Below, in pieces: positions 1 to 13,759 of a DNA stretch of 64,000 bases. How positions within the stretch are numbered: position 1 is the first letter of the stretch; each line of letters starts with the position of its first letter. The stretch lies in NCBI RefSeq assembly GCF_009914755.1, contig NC_060928.1. The stretch is one strand, 5' to 3'. The translations under genes and the position numbers were made by a program. The notes beneath the pieces were generated by a model. That model was not told the origin of the DNA and did no database searches. It saw nothing but the letters and a program-made list of their open reading frames with translations. This stretch comes from the human T2T-CHM13v2.0 reference genome, Homo sapiens.

Positions 1-152
1 ATGTTCCCAACATAAAGAAATGATACATTTTTGAGATGATGGATATCTTAATTACCCACATTTGGATCGTTGCACATTGTATGCTTGTATCAAAATTTCA
101 CATGTACTCTTAAATATATACAACCATTATGTATCCATAATTTAAAAAAAAA
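1..152 (+). mobile_element. L1 3' end (L1MA/L1PB-like), truncated by window edge
   Basis: Typical old-L1 3' UTR wording (GAGATGATGGATATC..AATTACCC..TGTATCAAAATTTCACATGTAC) ending in an A-rich tail. Confidence 0.75.
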
Positions 153-271
153 TCTTCTTTGAAACAGTTAGAGCCTTTATGTTCACAAAACATAATTAAT
201 TCCAGATAGTAATGGAAGATGAAGCTAAAATTACAAGAGCCTACTTTAGAATTAAAAATCATGTAGACACA

Positions 272-495
272 TAAGACCATATATGTTATAATTTCATTCA
301 TATGAAATATCCAGAACAGGTGAATTCTTAGAAACTGAGAGCAAATTAGTACTAGCCAGGGGATATGGGGAGAGAGGCATGAGTAATGACTGTTTAAGTT
401 GTATGAGATTTCCTTTGGAGTGATGAACATGTTCTGAAAGTAGACAGGGGTGGTGTTTACATAACATTGTAAATGTACTAAATGTCATTGATGCT
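272..495 (+). mobile_element. L1MB-like 3' UTR fragment
   Basis: ATATGAAATATCCAGAACAGG..TTTCCTTTGGAGTGATGAACATGTTCTG..ACATTGTAAATGTACTAAATGTCATTGA resembles L1MB 3' UTR. Confidence 0.7.
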
Positions 496-1450
496 AAATT
501 TTGGGTTCAGTGTTTAAAATGTTTAAAATATTTAGAAATAAAAGTATACCTAGGCAGAAAATAAATAAAAGTAAAAAAAAAAACCATAAAACTATAAACC
601 TTCTGGAAGAAAGCTTTAAAAAAGAGAATTTTTGGGCAAATAATCTTTAAACATAAAGTTCTATAAAAGATCTTCGAAAAAGTAGATAAATTGAATTAAT
701 CAAAATTTTAAAAAAGGTTTTCTTCGTGAAAGACCCCTGTTAAGAAGACAAAAAGACAAGCCACCAAGTTGGAGGGCAGGGAGGATCCTGTTTGCTAAGC
801 ACATATATGACAAAGGACTTTCCTCCAGAATATTTAAAAATACTCTAAGCTCAATAATAAGAAAACACAGAATTCAATTAGAAAATGAGAAAAATACTTA
901 AACAGGCACTTTGCTAAAGAAGATAAATGAATGGTGAATAAGTATGTAAAAGGATGCTGCAAATCACTAGCTATGAAAGAAAAACAAAATCATGAAGATA
1001 CGTCATTAAAAACCTACCAAAATGGCTGAAATAATACTGTTAGTACCAAATGCTGGAGAAGATATGAAGAGACTGGGTATCTTACATGTGCTATCGGGAA
1101 TGTGAAATGGTACAGCTACTCTGGGAAACAGTTTAGCACTTTCTTTTGACGTTAAACATACATTCGCCATGTGACCCAGCAATGCCACTCCAAGAAAACT
1201 GAAATGTATGTTTACACTAAAACCTATACACAAATGCTCACAGCAGCTTCGCAGCTACATTTATAATAATCTCAAACTGGATACAATCTAAATATCCCTC
1301 AATGCGTGAAAAGTAAAATAAACTGTAGTACATCTATACTACTCACCAATATGACTCAACAAATTATTTGATGGTTAGATCTCAATAGCATTGTGCTGGA
1401 TATTTTTAAAGCCAGTTTCAAACAGACGCATATTCCATTATTCCATTTAT

Positions 1451-1779
<329 letters not shown>

Positions 1780-1866
1780 TGATTCCATTTATGTAGCATC
1801 CTCAAAATGACAAAATTGTATAGATGGAGACTAGATTAGTGATGATCATGGTTTAGAAGAAGAGTG

Positions 1867-1925
1867 ACTCAAGTTTACCTATGTAACAAACCTGCACTTG
1901 TATCCCTGAACTTAACAGTTTTTTA
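1867..1925 (+). mobile_element. Very short 5'-truncated L1PA 3' terminus
   Basis: GTTTACCTATGTAACAAACCTGCACTTGTATCCCTGAACTTAA matches primate L1 3' end; flanked by AAGAGTG at 1860-1866 and 1926-1932. Confidence 0.75.
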
Positions 1926-2294
1926 AAGAGTGTGATTATAAAAGAATAACATGCAATTTCCATGTAGTGAAGAAATAATTCTGTATCTTTATCATGGTGG
2001 TAGTTATATAAATTTATACATGTGATAAAATGTCATAGAATTTATATGTATAACCCATAGACACACCAAAAACATGAGTGTATGTAAAACCTGATGACGT
2101 CTGATTAAGTTACAGTCTATTTAGTTGTATTATACCAATGTCAATTTCCTAGCTTTATTAAAAAATTACTATACATTAGTAATTATGTAAGATGCTACTA
2201 TTGAAGGGACCCAAGTAATAGGTACATTGGATCTCACAGTACTCTTTTGAAACTTTTTGTCAGTTTATATCAAAATAAGCTAAAAATGTACATA

Positions 2295-2795
2295 AAGGGA
2301 ATCGTATTATATGTATTCTTTTGTGACTTTTTTGGGGTCCTCTCAACATCATTTATAAACTTCATCTAGAAGATTACCCATAATTCTTACTTATTTTCAC
2401 TGCTGTACAGTAGTTTTATTATGAGTACTCTATACTTTTTATCCTCCCTATGATATACATTTAGGTTGTTTCTAATCTAATTGTTGTTGTTTTTGTTGTT
2501 TTGTTAGTGACAACAGCAATGTTATGAACAACCTGGCGCCCAGAGGAGATTATTTTTGGGAGGCATATACCTAGGAGGAAAAGCCCTAGATTGTACAGGG
2601 TGGACATTACGAAATTTACAGAAAAGCTCATTGCTCTCCAAAGTAGTTATACCAGTGTGCACTACAACAGGTAGTTATAAGCAATCTCTTTTTCAGCCAC
2701 TGGTATTTGTCAGACTTTTAATTTTTGCCAGTCTGATGATGGTATTTGATATCTCACTGCTGTTTTCTTTTGCATTGCTCTCATTATGAGTGTCG
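2295..2795 (-). mobile_element. Old L1 (L1ME-like) fragment
   Basis: Antisense L1 wording: CATTTAGGTTGTTTCTA, ATATACCTAGGAG, GGTATTTGTCAGACTTTTAATTTTTGCCAGTCTGATG. Confidence 0.6.
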
Positions 2796-2809
2796 TTTCT
2801 AATATTTGG

Positions 2810-3410
2810 TGATTGTCTCTGCCTCCCTCCTCAAAGTCATCCCCTACCACCCAACCCCATTACTAATTGTGCCTCAGCAACCCTGTCCTTCTTTAATCTC
2901 CTTGTTGAGTCATAGACGGTTCCTGCCTTAGGGTTTTTTTATTTTATATTCCCTCTACTCACCCTCTCTGTTTGAATTAGTCTGTCCTCCAGCAGTCAGA
3001 GAACTGGCCTTTCTTATCCTTTGGGTTTCACTATATCCTCAAAGAGGCATTTTATAATTGTCTTCATGTCACCTTTTTACACTTTTAAAATATGGTTTAT
3101 TTCTCTCTGAAACAGCAGAAAAAATCTTGATGATTTTGTGTTTAATAACCTTGTTGAGTCACTCCCCTTCTACAATATTATAATCTCCATGAGAGGAGCG
3201 GTTTTGTCTTTATCACAGTCTTCGCTACACCTGGAATAGTGAAGAGGTAACAGGATGTTGTGGAAAGGTTCTGAGGCTTGGAGCAAGTTGGAATGTTTCA
3301 AGAATGGAGCACGTAAGACCTTGTAGGCCACACTAAAGAGTGTGAATTTATTTTTAAACATGATGATAACATTTAAGGAACATGAAAAGGGAACAGGGCA
3401 ATCCTACTTA
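2810..3410. mobile_element. L2 fragments in both orientations
   Basis: Degenerate L2-like motifs (CTCCATGAGAGGAG..TTTTGTCT; CCTTGTAGGCCACACTAAAGAG). Confidence 0.45.
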
Positions 3411-6400
3411 TATAGTAAAATTTATGTAATTCTCCTGCACAAGCCATAAACACTAGCCTTATCATAAACCTGTTCTCCAGGTTGGTTGACCTGTAGAGAT
3501 GTTGCACAGTGGCATTCTGAGACTCCCTAATTTGAAATCTCCATGAGATTCAACATAATCTTCTATGTTGTTTTATTTCTTATTTTTCTGAAGTTTGTTT
3601 TCATGCAACTTCTGTGAAAATAAAAATTATCAGACTCCTTGCATGTACAGTGTGCTCTAAATTGATAGTTTGGCAAGGTATCAAATAATAAGCTAAATTT
3701 GTTTTTAATAGAAAATCAAAGTAAAAAGCTATTGATATTTGAATCAAAAAGACAACCTTAAATACTAAATTGTTGAGATGGTCTTCAATTCATGTATTAG
3801 GTAACAGGAAAGAGAATTAATGGTCCAACTCTCCAATATACTAGAAGAATAAGACAATAAATAACAGAAGTAGAAATATATGGATAAAACCAGAAACTCT
3901 TAAAATTTAAAATACACATGGATACATAAAAACAAAAAAAGGACATAAAATATAAGTTGAATTTGTTTTTAAGTCAAAAAGTCTAACCATGTAAGAAAGA
4001 GAAAAAAACACCAAATAAATATTTGGATAGGCAAGAAGTGTTCTAACTACCAAGAAAAATATTTTTAAATTGCTTAAAATACAAATAATCAGATTGATTG
4101 AAAACAGTGTATAAATTTTAACATTAAAACTTGAATATATTTTTAAAAGACTGTAGAATAATTATAAAAATCTATTACTTATAAGCTACAATGAAACTAT
4201 TAATTCAAATAAAAAGAAATTATATGTTATATTCCCTAATGATTATGTTGTAAACTTGTTATACATAGATATACATAATAAATTAGACATATATATGACA
4301 AGACATATATATTGATAGAGAATTTTTAAAACATATTTTCTAAATAACACACCTAAAACCATATACAACTTTATACCAGTTAATTTTGAAATCTAGATGA
4401 CACAGATAGTTTTCCTAAAACAACTAAATATTTCTGAAAATTCTTAGAAGAAAATAAACTCAAAAATATTTAAACAGCTCAGACTAGTCAATTGTATGAA
4501 AGCTTTAAATTTCTCAGTGTCACAGTCTGAGATCTCCAGAATCTGGCACCCTTATGAGACAAAACAAAGGAAGTTTCATTGTGTACTTCAAAGTGACACT
4601 TTTAAAGATTCGGTTTGTAAATAACCAATCCCTTTGGATTGTTTTCAGCCAAGAATATAAGTCTGTCCATTCTCCTTCACTTCTTTGTGTTATAGGGCAA
4701 GCCATTCTTCCTTACTTTTTATACTTCATTCTGTTTGCACAAATGAATAGGAAAGCCTGTATAATTTGGAGTTTAATGAATCCCACTTTCTCACAGATGC
4801 ATGCCACTATTTCAAATATCACCTTTATCAAGAATAAAAATAATATTTTGATTGTTCATCTCCTTTACTTTCCTTGTTTCATTTTAATATAAAGGCACAA
4901 AACTTGAAGAGAAAAGAGAGATGTTGTTTATTGAGGTCTTTGGAATCCTCAACACTGGCTCCAGCCATAAAAGCAAAAAAGGAGGAGCTGTCAATTCCCC
5001 TCTGTCTATAAAAGGTAATTGCATCTTTAAGGCCCCCAGGTTGAGAAAGGCCAGTACACCAGGCTTCTGCCCATGGATTATCTACCCACAAGGGATTAAA
5101 ATGGGAGCAAAACCAGGTGAACTGTTATCTTAAAAAAAGAGTAGTTTTTCTATTTATTTAACTCACTGGACTTTTAAAATTATATATACCAGAAACTAAA
5201 TCTCAGTCCTGACAAAGGTGTTCCATGAATTAAATAATTTTTTGTTGAGAATTACAATGTAGTAAAGGTGTAAAGAATTCCCAGAATTTCTTGTAGAAAG
5301 CCAGGGAAGCAGTTGTGTAGATTATTTTATGACAGGTACGTGAAAAAGTATTTGATTATATTTATGATAATGTTGATATTTAAAAGCATATAGAGCTTTT
5401 AAGAGAACATGAAAAGTTTTTAAAAAGCTTAAAAAACGCAATTTTAAGAAAGATGATCCAGCAAATAGGGTACAATGCCACTTCTCTGAGGGAGACAATG
5501 AAAAAGTATTTTAGCAAATGAAAGGTTCCATTTCTGAAATAATTAGCACTTCTCAATGTCAAGTTTGCTCATCTTATGAACAGTTCTATTATTAACATAC
5601 AGAAAGCTAATATGAAAAGCACATTCTTATGTTAATTATCTAATTAACTAATCCAGGCACAGTTAAGCCACTAAATTCACACAGTATTAATTTTTCTTAT
5701 GTTGGTCTCATGGATACTAAATTTCTTGACAAGTTAACATTTCTGCTGGTCTTCCTGACACTTTGATGTTTGATAAGTCCACTCCAGTGGACTTCTTAGA
5801 ATGCATGAACTCAAGAAAAGTTAGAGGTCTCTCATTTAGTTTCACACGTCTGTTTTCTAGAGAATTTTGCCCAACTTCACCTGAAGAACTCAAAAAATAT
5901 TACCCAGCAAGTAACGTTTCACTTCAAATGACAGTATTAAGCCCTTCCTTTTTTAGCAATTAATCATGTGATGATGAGAGGAGAAGGAAGTAGAATGTGT
6001 TGAGTGCATGGGGATATGAGGAAGCCCTGGTTTGAAGATTGAAAATTTTAAAGCAGAAGAGACAAGTGTCCCTGTTTTTTTTCCTGTAGCCATTGAGAGT
6101 GGGAAGACCACTGTTCTATCCCACATAGCCAAGATGCTGGACATGGGATTATGATCTGACTGGACACAACTATTTCTTGAGGCAGCCCACATCGTCTTCT
6201 CCTGAGTTTCCCTAGAAGCCTAGAGGAGATAAAAAAGATGACAGTGGCTAAGCATGAGAGCTTTTATCTCTGCCAGAGAATTACCCCAGGAAGGAAACAG
6301 AGTTAGAGAGAGCTAAAATCTCAGAGTAGCAGCAGCTGCAGCCATATCAAAGGTGAGAATTGGGCCAACAAAGGAAAAGCAGCCAAATACTCCAGTGAGT

Positions 6401-6764
6401 GTCAGAGGATACCGTAGAACATTCTGATGTCAAGGGCAGAATTATGCTTTTTGATGGACACTTCCCATCAGCAACCTTGGCTGCTATAACCCATGATCTA
6501 TGAATCACATAATGGACAACATACTACGATGCCTACTGGGAAATTTGAGTCAAAACTGAGTTTTAAAATAACACGTGATTGAATTAAAGGCTCATATGAG
6601 TTGGAGAACAACTGGATTGGTCTGACAGTTTTCCAGAGTTGGTGAGGCTTAATTGGATTCTAACAGAGCTACAATCTCAGCTTATATTGATTCTGATGTT
6701 ATCCACATCTATTGAGCTAAGATAATAAAATATATTCCACTACTCAGAAGAGAGAGTGCCCATG

Positions 6765-6930
6765 AAGAGTCTAGATTTTGCAAATAGGGAAACGTGGGTG
6801 TAAATTCAATCTCTGCCACTAGGCTGGCTGAGTACACCTCAGCAAGCTTTTCCCTTCCTTAAGACTCACTGCCTTTTGCCTATGTCAGGTTGGAGGCTAA
6901 TAAAATACCAGACAGCATTGGTGCGAGCAT
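6765..6930. mobile_element. MIR fragment
   Basis: GGGTGTAAATTC..TCTCTGCCACTAGGCTGGCTG..CTCAGCAAG MIR core-like. Confidence 0.5.
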
Positions 6931-7584
6931 AGGTGTGTGACTGACTCAGAAGCAAGTCTCCTCTGAAATCCTTTGAATAACTGAGTCTCTCATCCCACAT
7001 CCTCTGCAAAATCCTTCACCAGAGTTCTGGAAATTCCTGAGAGTTTGTGTCTCTCCCAGTCACCTTTAGCTTTAATGCCTATCTTCCACTAAAATTTCAG
7101 TCTTTACTTTGCATTTTGTGGCTATCTGCTCATTGAAAATCCAAATTTAAAATGTGTCCTTCTCTTGGTTTCTCAGCTGCCTCAAGTAGATTGTTATTAT
7201 TCTTTTAGGGGCTCCACACTGCAATAACACATGATAAATACATTTATACTGAGTATTTAGGAACCATATTTTTAAGGCCCTTTTCTGATTCCAGCAAGTC
7301 AATTTTAGTAGCCTCCCCTCTATTTTCCTCAGCTCTCTCTTTATTTTCTCTACCCTTCTTTCTTCTCTGAGCTCTGCACTCACACATCTCCCTTTTACTC
7401 CATTACTTCTAAATGACCTATATGTGTAATGTTTTACTTATTTATATATGTATGTTTTATATATATACATGTTATATATATATGTTGTATGTATTTTTAT
7501 ATATGATGTAAAATTCTAGAAATTAAAGAAACAATCACCATAACAATTGTATTACCTAGAACCATTCATGTTTGTAATTGAAAA

Positions 7585-7790
7585 CTATCCAGGTTAGCAT
7601 CCAGACTTTACCTATGTTGGCTTGGGTAATTCTCCAAACCTGCCTATGTCTCCATTCCATCATCTCAACAGTGAGGAGAATAATGGTAGTTGCCTCTTAG
7701 TGTGGTTGGTTATGAGACGTAGTGAAGTATCACGTGCACAGTGCTCAGGAGACTTCCTGCATTCAGTAAACACTCAGTAAGAGGTGCTGG
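7585..7790. mobile_element. MIR fragment
   Basis: TTGGGTAATTCTCCAAACCT..CATCTCAACAGTGAGGAGAATAATGGTA..GCACAGTGCTCAG. Confidence 0.55.
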
Positions 7791-8454
7791 ACTGCTCTTA
7801 GTATAATTCTTTGGCATTATAATTTCAGCCATCAATTTATCATATACAGAGTGAGAAAGGTAAAGACAAATGAATAGATAGAAATAATGTCTAAAGGAAG
7901 AAATCATTCTGGCAAGTATTTTTATTAATTGTTAAATTTTTTCTGTATGGTATTTTAATCAACAAATAAAATTGAAATTGTTAACTATCTGGTAAGAATT
8001 TTTCACAAATATTAAATATTATTATTTCTCTACAGTTAATAAAAATGATTGTGCAAACAGCATTATAAGGTTAGACTCATTACTTCCTTAACAACACTCT
8101 TTAATTTCAGAGGGTTTAAATTTATTATTTACTATAAAAGAGGCGAGATCAGGTAGTCAAACTACCCTGTCTCCAATTTCTCAACTCTCTCCTTTTCCCA
8201 CTTCTAATTTGTGTAAGGTAAATTATGATGTTTATATTACTAAGAATTATAATATTTATGTACTCTTTTATGTATAATTACCCAAGTCTTAACTATATAC
8301 CAAATAAATGCAATATTCAACCCAGATTTTTACATAGCTTTTTTTTTTAATTTTAAAATTTTGTGTGTTCTTCTTTAATTGGCCATTTTGTTTGTTTTGT
8401 TGTAAGAAAGGCATATGGTTATTGTATTTTTTTAATATTCTGTATCTGACAATA

Positions 8455-9234
8455 TAGATGTTCCTTAACTTATGATGAGGTTACGTCCAGATAAACCCAT
8501 CATAACTTGAAAATATTGTAAGTAAAAATACATTTAATATACCTAACCTAGCAAACACCATAATTTAGTCTAAGCCACATTTAAGGTGCTTAGAATATTT
8601 ACTTTAGCCAAATCATCTAACCCAAAGCCTATTTTATAATAAAGTATTGAATATCTCATGTAATTGATTGAATACTATACTGAAAGTGAATAACAGAAAG
8701 GTTCTATAGGTACTTGAAGTATGGTTTCTCCTGAAGGCATTATTGCTTTCATACCATTTTAAAGCCAAGCAATTGTAAATCAAACCATTGTAAATCAGGG
8801 ACTGCTGTGGTCTGGATATTTTCCCCTCCAAAGCTCAGATTGAAATTTGACCCCAAATGTTGGAGGTGGGACCTAATGGGAGATGTTTTGGTCCTGGAGT
8901 CAGATGCCTCATGTTTGTGCCATCCTCGCAATAATGTGTGAGTTCTCATTCTCTTAATTATCCCACGAGGTGGTGGTTTAAAAGAGTCTGGCACCTCCCT
9001 CTCTCTTGCTTCCACTCTTGCCATGTGACCTCCACACTCCAGCTCCCCTTTGCCTGCCACCAAGAGTGGAAGCAGCCTGAGGCTCTCACCAGAATCCCAC
9101 CAGATTCCAACACCATGCTTCTTGAGCAGTCTACTGAACCATGAGCCAAATAAACCTTTTTTTCTTTATAAGTTACCCAGCCTCAGGTATTCCTTGATAG
9201 CAACACAAATGGAGTAAGAAAGGAACCATCTGTA
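8455..9234 (+). mobile_element. TcMar-Tigger non-autonomous DNA transposon (MER47-like), right TIR split by an LTR
   Basis: Begins TAGATGTTCCTTAACTTATGATGAGGTTACGTCCAGATAAACCCATC; complementary TIR end CATCTGTA reappears at 9227-9234 after the LTR. Confidence 0.75.
8803..9221 (+). mobile_element. MaLR solo LTR (MST-like)
   Basis: TGCTGTGGTCTGGAT..GTTGGAGGTGGGACCTAATGGGAG..AATAAACC..TTACCCAGCCTCAGGTATTCC; imperfect 5-bp TSD GGGAC/GGAAC. Confidence 0.85.
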
Positions 9235-10039
9235 CTATAACCTCTATCCGTGCCACCAGAACTGCATTGAAATTTATCCACCATTTCTTGGCATTAAGTA
9301 TTACTGTCAAGAAGTAGAAGTCCAGACAACTCTTTCCCCATGTAGGTGGCTCACTATTTCTGCAAGGGTATCAGAAATATGCTTTTCTATTTCTACCAAA
9401 CAATCGGTAATTTTATTAGGACATGACCCAATGTAGATCAATCAGAATTTTATTTCTAACTATGAATTTACTTCTTTCTTGCTTTCAGGAAACTTTCCTG
9501 TATTATACCTTTAAATATGTTTTGTTCTGCACATTGAATTTACTAATAAGGACACCATTTATCCTTATGTTTTCTACCCTTTACATTTACCCTCTCCTAT
9601 TTGCTTAATCTCTTCATCTTTTTTTCTGTGCATTCTTTTGTGATTATCCCAAAACTCTGTTCCATGACAAAAGAAAAAAATTTTCAGCCATTTTATCTCT
9701 CACTCTTTGTCATTTATTATTTGTCCTGTGGTGTCTGCTTTAATAATTGACAAATGTATTATCATCTTTCGTTCTGACTTTCCGTTTCCCATCACACCCC
9801 GTCTCACCCCTCCGCCTTTCATATTGGAGTTGAATGAGTCTCTCCCAGAACTGCCTCTGATCATGATCATGCTCATCGCCCACATTTCTAACCCCTGGCT
9901 CAAAAAATCTTCAAGGATACCCTGACTCTTCCACTATCTCTCTGAGACCTGAGAAAGTTGCTGCCATCAGAGTCCTAGTATCCTCACGTTTGTTTTTATG
10001 GATTTCAAAGGAGAAACTTAAAGGAGAAACTTTCATAAC

Positions 10040-10275
10040 AATGATGATGATGATAATGACCATGACAATAGATGATACATATTGAGTCCTTGCTATCTGC
10101 TAAGAAGTGTTCCAGCTAATTTTTAATAATTGCCTCATTTAATCTATGTAACAGCTCCATAAGGAGGGTGCTAGTACTATTCTTATTCTCATTTTGTCAA
10201 TGAGGCACAATGAGAAAATGAAGGCACAGAGCAATTAAGGAAATCACCCTGAATCAGACAGCAATTTAAAAGTGG
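10040..10275. mobile_element. MIR
   Basis: ATTGAGTCCTTGCTAT..CTCATTTAATC..ATGAGAAAATGAAGGCACAGAG. Confidence 0.6.
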
Positions 10276-10429
10276 TTGCTTCACTGCAAAGTGTTTTCCA
10301 ATACTTTTTAGAATTAGTGTGTCTTTAGGAGTAAAAAAAAAAAAGTCATCTGCCTAACAAAAAGGTGCTCCCCAACCTACCCTGTGTTTTAAATTGCTTT
10401 AGTAGCAAAAAACATCATTCATTTTACAG

Positions 10430-11140
10430 TCCTGATTCAAGTCAACTCCTGCCTGACTGTCATAGTCTCTAACTGGTCTCCTGTGTCCAGCCACACCACC
10501 TACCAATCCATTCTGCTCACATTTGCCCATGTGGTTTCTTCAGAATACAGACTTAAGCCCACTATCCTTCAAGGGTCTCCTGGGTGTTAGAATAAGTCCC
10601 TAATGCTTTCATGTGATTCCTAAGATTCTCTATAATCCGGCCTTTACCAAATCCCTTTCTGGACTCATCTGCTGCTGCTCCCCTTCCTGAATTTTTTATT
10701 GCAGGACCACGGACTCTATTCTTTTAAAGTAATATTGGTATAAATGTATGAGTTACAAGCACGATTTTGTTACACACATAGGTTACATAGTGATGAAGTC
10801 AGGGCATCCATCATCCAAATAATGTATGTTGTACCCATTGCTCTATGGCTTCTTGAACCTTTGCTCTTCCTCTCAAATCCCGATTTCTGACTCTCTGCAT
10901 TGAGTAAATGTCACACATTTTACTTGTCTCAACTTTACCATTGTTTTACACAGGCTTTTGCTGACCCTATACAGGTGTCATTTCATATAGTCCCATAACT
11001 TTAAATATTCATCAACCACATTTCATTGAGATTAATTTATACATAGGTTTGTTCACTTTGGTTTCCCCGGCACTTAACCCTGCATCCAGAAACGAGTAGG
11101 CTTGAAGTAAATATAGGTTTGTGGATGAATAAATAAATGC
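10430..11140 (+). mobile_element. L2 3' portion with a short antisense L1 3' end inserted at about 10720-10840
   Basis: L2 wording (CTAACTGGTCTCCTG..CCAATCCATTCT) ending GGATGAATAAATAAATG; nested piece TTTTGTTACACACATAGGTTACATAGTGATGAAGTC flanked by CTCTAT on both sides. Confidence 0.6.
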
Positions 11141-11395
11141 CATTGGAGAAAATAAAAACTGAGAAGGCACCCTAAATGTGGACTCCTGCTCTGAGGGAGA
11201 AATTAGATTAAGAGATGAAAATTGTGCTTAATAATTTTTCTGTGCCCTGGAAATATACTGAATATTATTTATTTGGGGGACCATTTTCCTCACTAGGTTG
11301 TGGGCTCCATGAGGAGAGGGACCCCATGTTATTTATGTCATATACCCACTGAATAGAAACATATTTGGCCCAGGGATTGATCATACTTTTTTTTC

Positions 11396-11695
11396 CCCGG
11401 GCATGGTGGCTCATACCTGTAATCTCGGCACTTTGGGAGGCTGAGGCAGGCAGATCACTTGAGATCAGCAGTTCAAGACCAGCCTGGCCAACATGGCAAA
11501 ACCCTGTCTCTACTAAAAATACAAAAATTAGCCGGGTGTGGTGGTACACACCTGTAGCCCCAGCTACGTGGGATCCTGAGGCAGGAGGATCCCTTGAACC
11601 CAGGAGGCAGAGGTTGCAGTGAGCTGAGATCATGCCACTGTACTCTAGCTTGGGTGATGGAATAAGATTCTGTTTCAACAATAAAAATAATAACT
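11396..11695 (+). mobile_element. Alu (AluJ/AluS-like)
   Basis: Dimeric Alu consensus, A-rich linker and tail. Confidence 0.95.
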
Positions 11696-12374
11696 ATAAT
11701 TTTTGTTTCCTTAAGTGTCAGTGTATACCCACTACCCACAGAAAACTACCAAACTAATCACACAGTCAACCGGATGTTATTGTCTTTTCAAAAGGAAAAG
11801 TCACACTGATTTTTCAGTGAGACACACATCACACAAAGTGAGACCTACGTGCATGCCTCTGTTTAAGGTTGGTTGAGTTATTTTCCATTTCCAAGGCAGT
11901 TGAGTTTCAACCACTTTTAAAGAGCAACATTCTTTCTGTAGTTTGGAGTATTCTTTGTTTGCTAATAAAGTTCCCCTTAAAGAAGGTGATAATCAGGTTT
12001 CCTTCCATTATGCATAGCACAAAGCACATGATTTATAAAGCCCATGGTACCATAACAATGTAAAAACGTCCTGTCAGATCTCTGGGAAGAAACTCTATAT
12101 CCCAGTTCAATAACAAAGACACTGGAAATGCAACCAGCCCCTGGTTCTTCTGTGCACAGTAGCCTCTCAAAGAAAGAGAGAGAACAATAGACCTACAAGT
12201 TGAATTCTCAAAGCCAGCCACTCAGACAACCCACTGGGATGATGAATGAGCTGTCAAGTACATAAATAAACAGTAACTCTGCCATCGCATTCAATACTTT
12301 ATTTTGATCAAATAAATGTCATTATAGAGATACATCATTTGAGAATCATTGTGTTGGAGAGGACCTTAGACATG

Positions 12375-13215
12375 TTATTAATAAGAGTATCTAATATCCA
12401 TTCACTATTATCTGGGGGTAGGCAATTTATATGGATTACCATATATAGCCCTCAGAACAACCCTATACGATAGTTAAATTAGTCCCATTGCTACAGATGG
12501 GATTCTTGATGGATAGAGAAAAGAAGTAACTCTCCCAAATTCTTGTAACTATAAAATGGGAGAACAAGGATTTGAATTGGGACTATGCAGTTCCAGAACC
12601 TGTGACCTAAACTATAGCTAATCCCTTTGTCATAGAGATGAAGACAACAAACAGTGTAAGCAAAGCTACAATGTATTAAATCGTTAACATGAGTATTTCT
12701 CTGAGAAACCCTATACATTAATTGTGTTATTTACTAATGAAAATAACACTATAAATCTGAACATATTGTCCCCATTTTACTAGTGAAGAAAGGGAGGTTC
12801 AGAAACATTTAATGACTTCCCCAAGGTCGCACAAATAGTAAGTGCAAGGTCCATGATTCAAACTAAGGTGTGTAGACCTTGAAACTGAATCATGACTCAT
12901 TATTAGTCTGCGTGGCTTCAAAAGATAATGAAGGCAATTAGTGCAAAACTATAAGTGATAACTCAAAAATGATACGTGGTAAGAAGGGTACTGGGACAAA
13001 AGATAGTTGGGTTCAAATTGTAGTACCATCACATTTACTTTGTGATCTTAGGAAAGTTATCTCCTCCCTTCTACTCCTTTTGAATTTCCATTTTCTCAAG
13101 TTTAAAATTAAATAAAAATCTCTTAATGAAATATTACTGACAAAGTTAAATAAAGCAATGTAGGCAAGGGGGCTGACATATGATAGAAATTCAAAAAATA
13201 TTAGTATATACCAAT
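12375..13215. mobile_element. Cluster of three MIR fragments (about 12375-12620, 12760-12890, 12990-13215)
   Basis: CCCCATTTTACTAGTGAAGAAAGGGAGGTTCAGA..GACTTCCCCAAGGTCGCACA; GGGTTCAAAT..TGTGATCTTAGGAAAGTTA. Confidence 0.6.
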
Positions 13216-13759
13216 TAAACATGGCAGCAGATGTGTGTATTTGTCTCTCCCTTCCCACACAATGCTGAAATAAAAGTAAAGAAGTATAAGGGTAGGATCC
13301 CTCAAACACACACAAAAAAGAGGAAATAAATATGGATGATAGATTTCAATAGATTTTTGAAGGATGGGAAGCCAGCAGAGGAAGTTAAAACCTAAACACC
13401 TGCGAGGTGAGTAATTATTAGAAACAATTCAGTTAAATCCAAAGAATCTCAGAAATGTTCAAAATTGTTGGTACTATGAACTATGAAAGGTGTGGATGAT
13501 ACGTAGAATTTAAATGCAGATTTGATTCTCGTCTTCCCTCTTTCACCCAATGAAGAGGTAGCTGGCTATATTTTCCTGCTGCTGTAGGAAACTAGAGTTT
13601 ATTCTTTGGAGAAACAAAAAACAAAGAGGTCCTGAAAGCAGATTCACCATGTCTGGAAGTTGTTAGAAGTGACACACTAAAATACATGGAAGCCTGCAGA
13701 GTGAACGAGGCAAGCCCAAGTGTCATCCTTTATTTCCAAACACCAGCAGGAGGGAAGGT

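Noticed and set aside
4554-4892. 112-aa ATG ORF in unique AT-rich DNA
   Set aside because: No recognisable homology; hydrophobic composition reflects T-richness.
5775-5794. 9-bp inverted repeat AAGTCCACT-CC-AGTGGACTT
   Set aside because: A single short stem with no other support; plausible by chance in 64 kb.
10008-10032. AAAGGAGAAACTT tandem pair
   Set aside because: Ordinary 13-bp slippage duplication.
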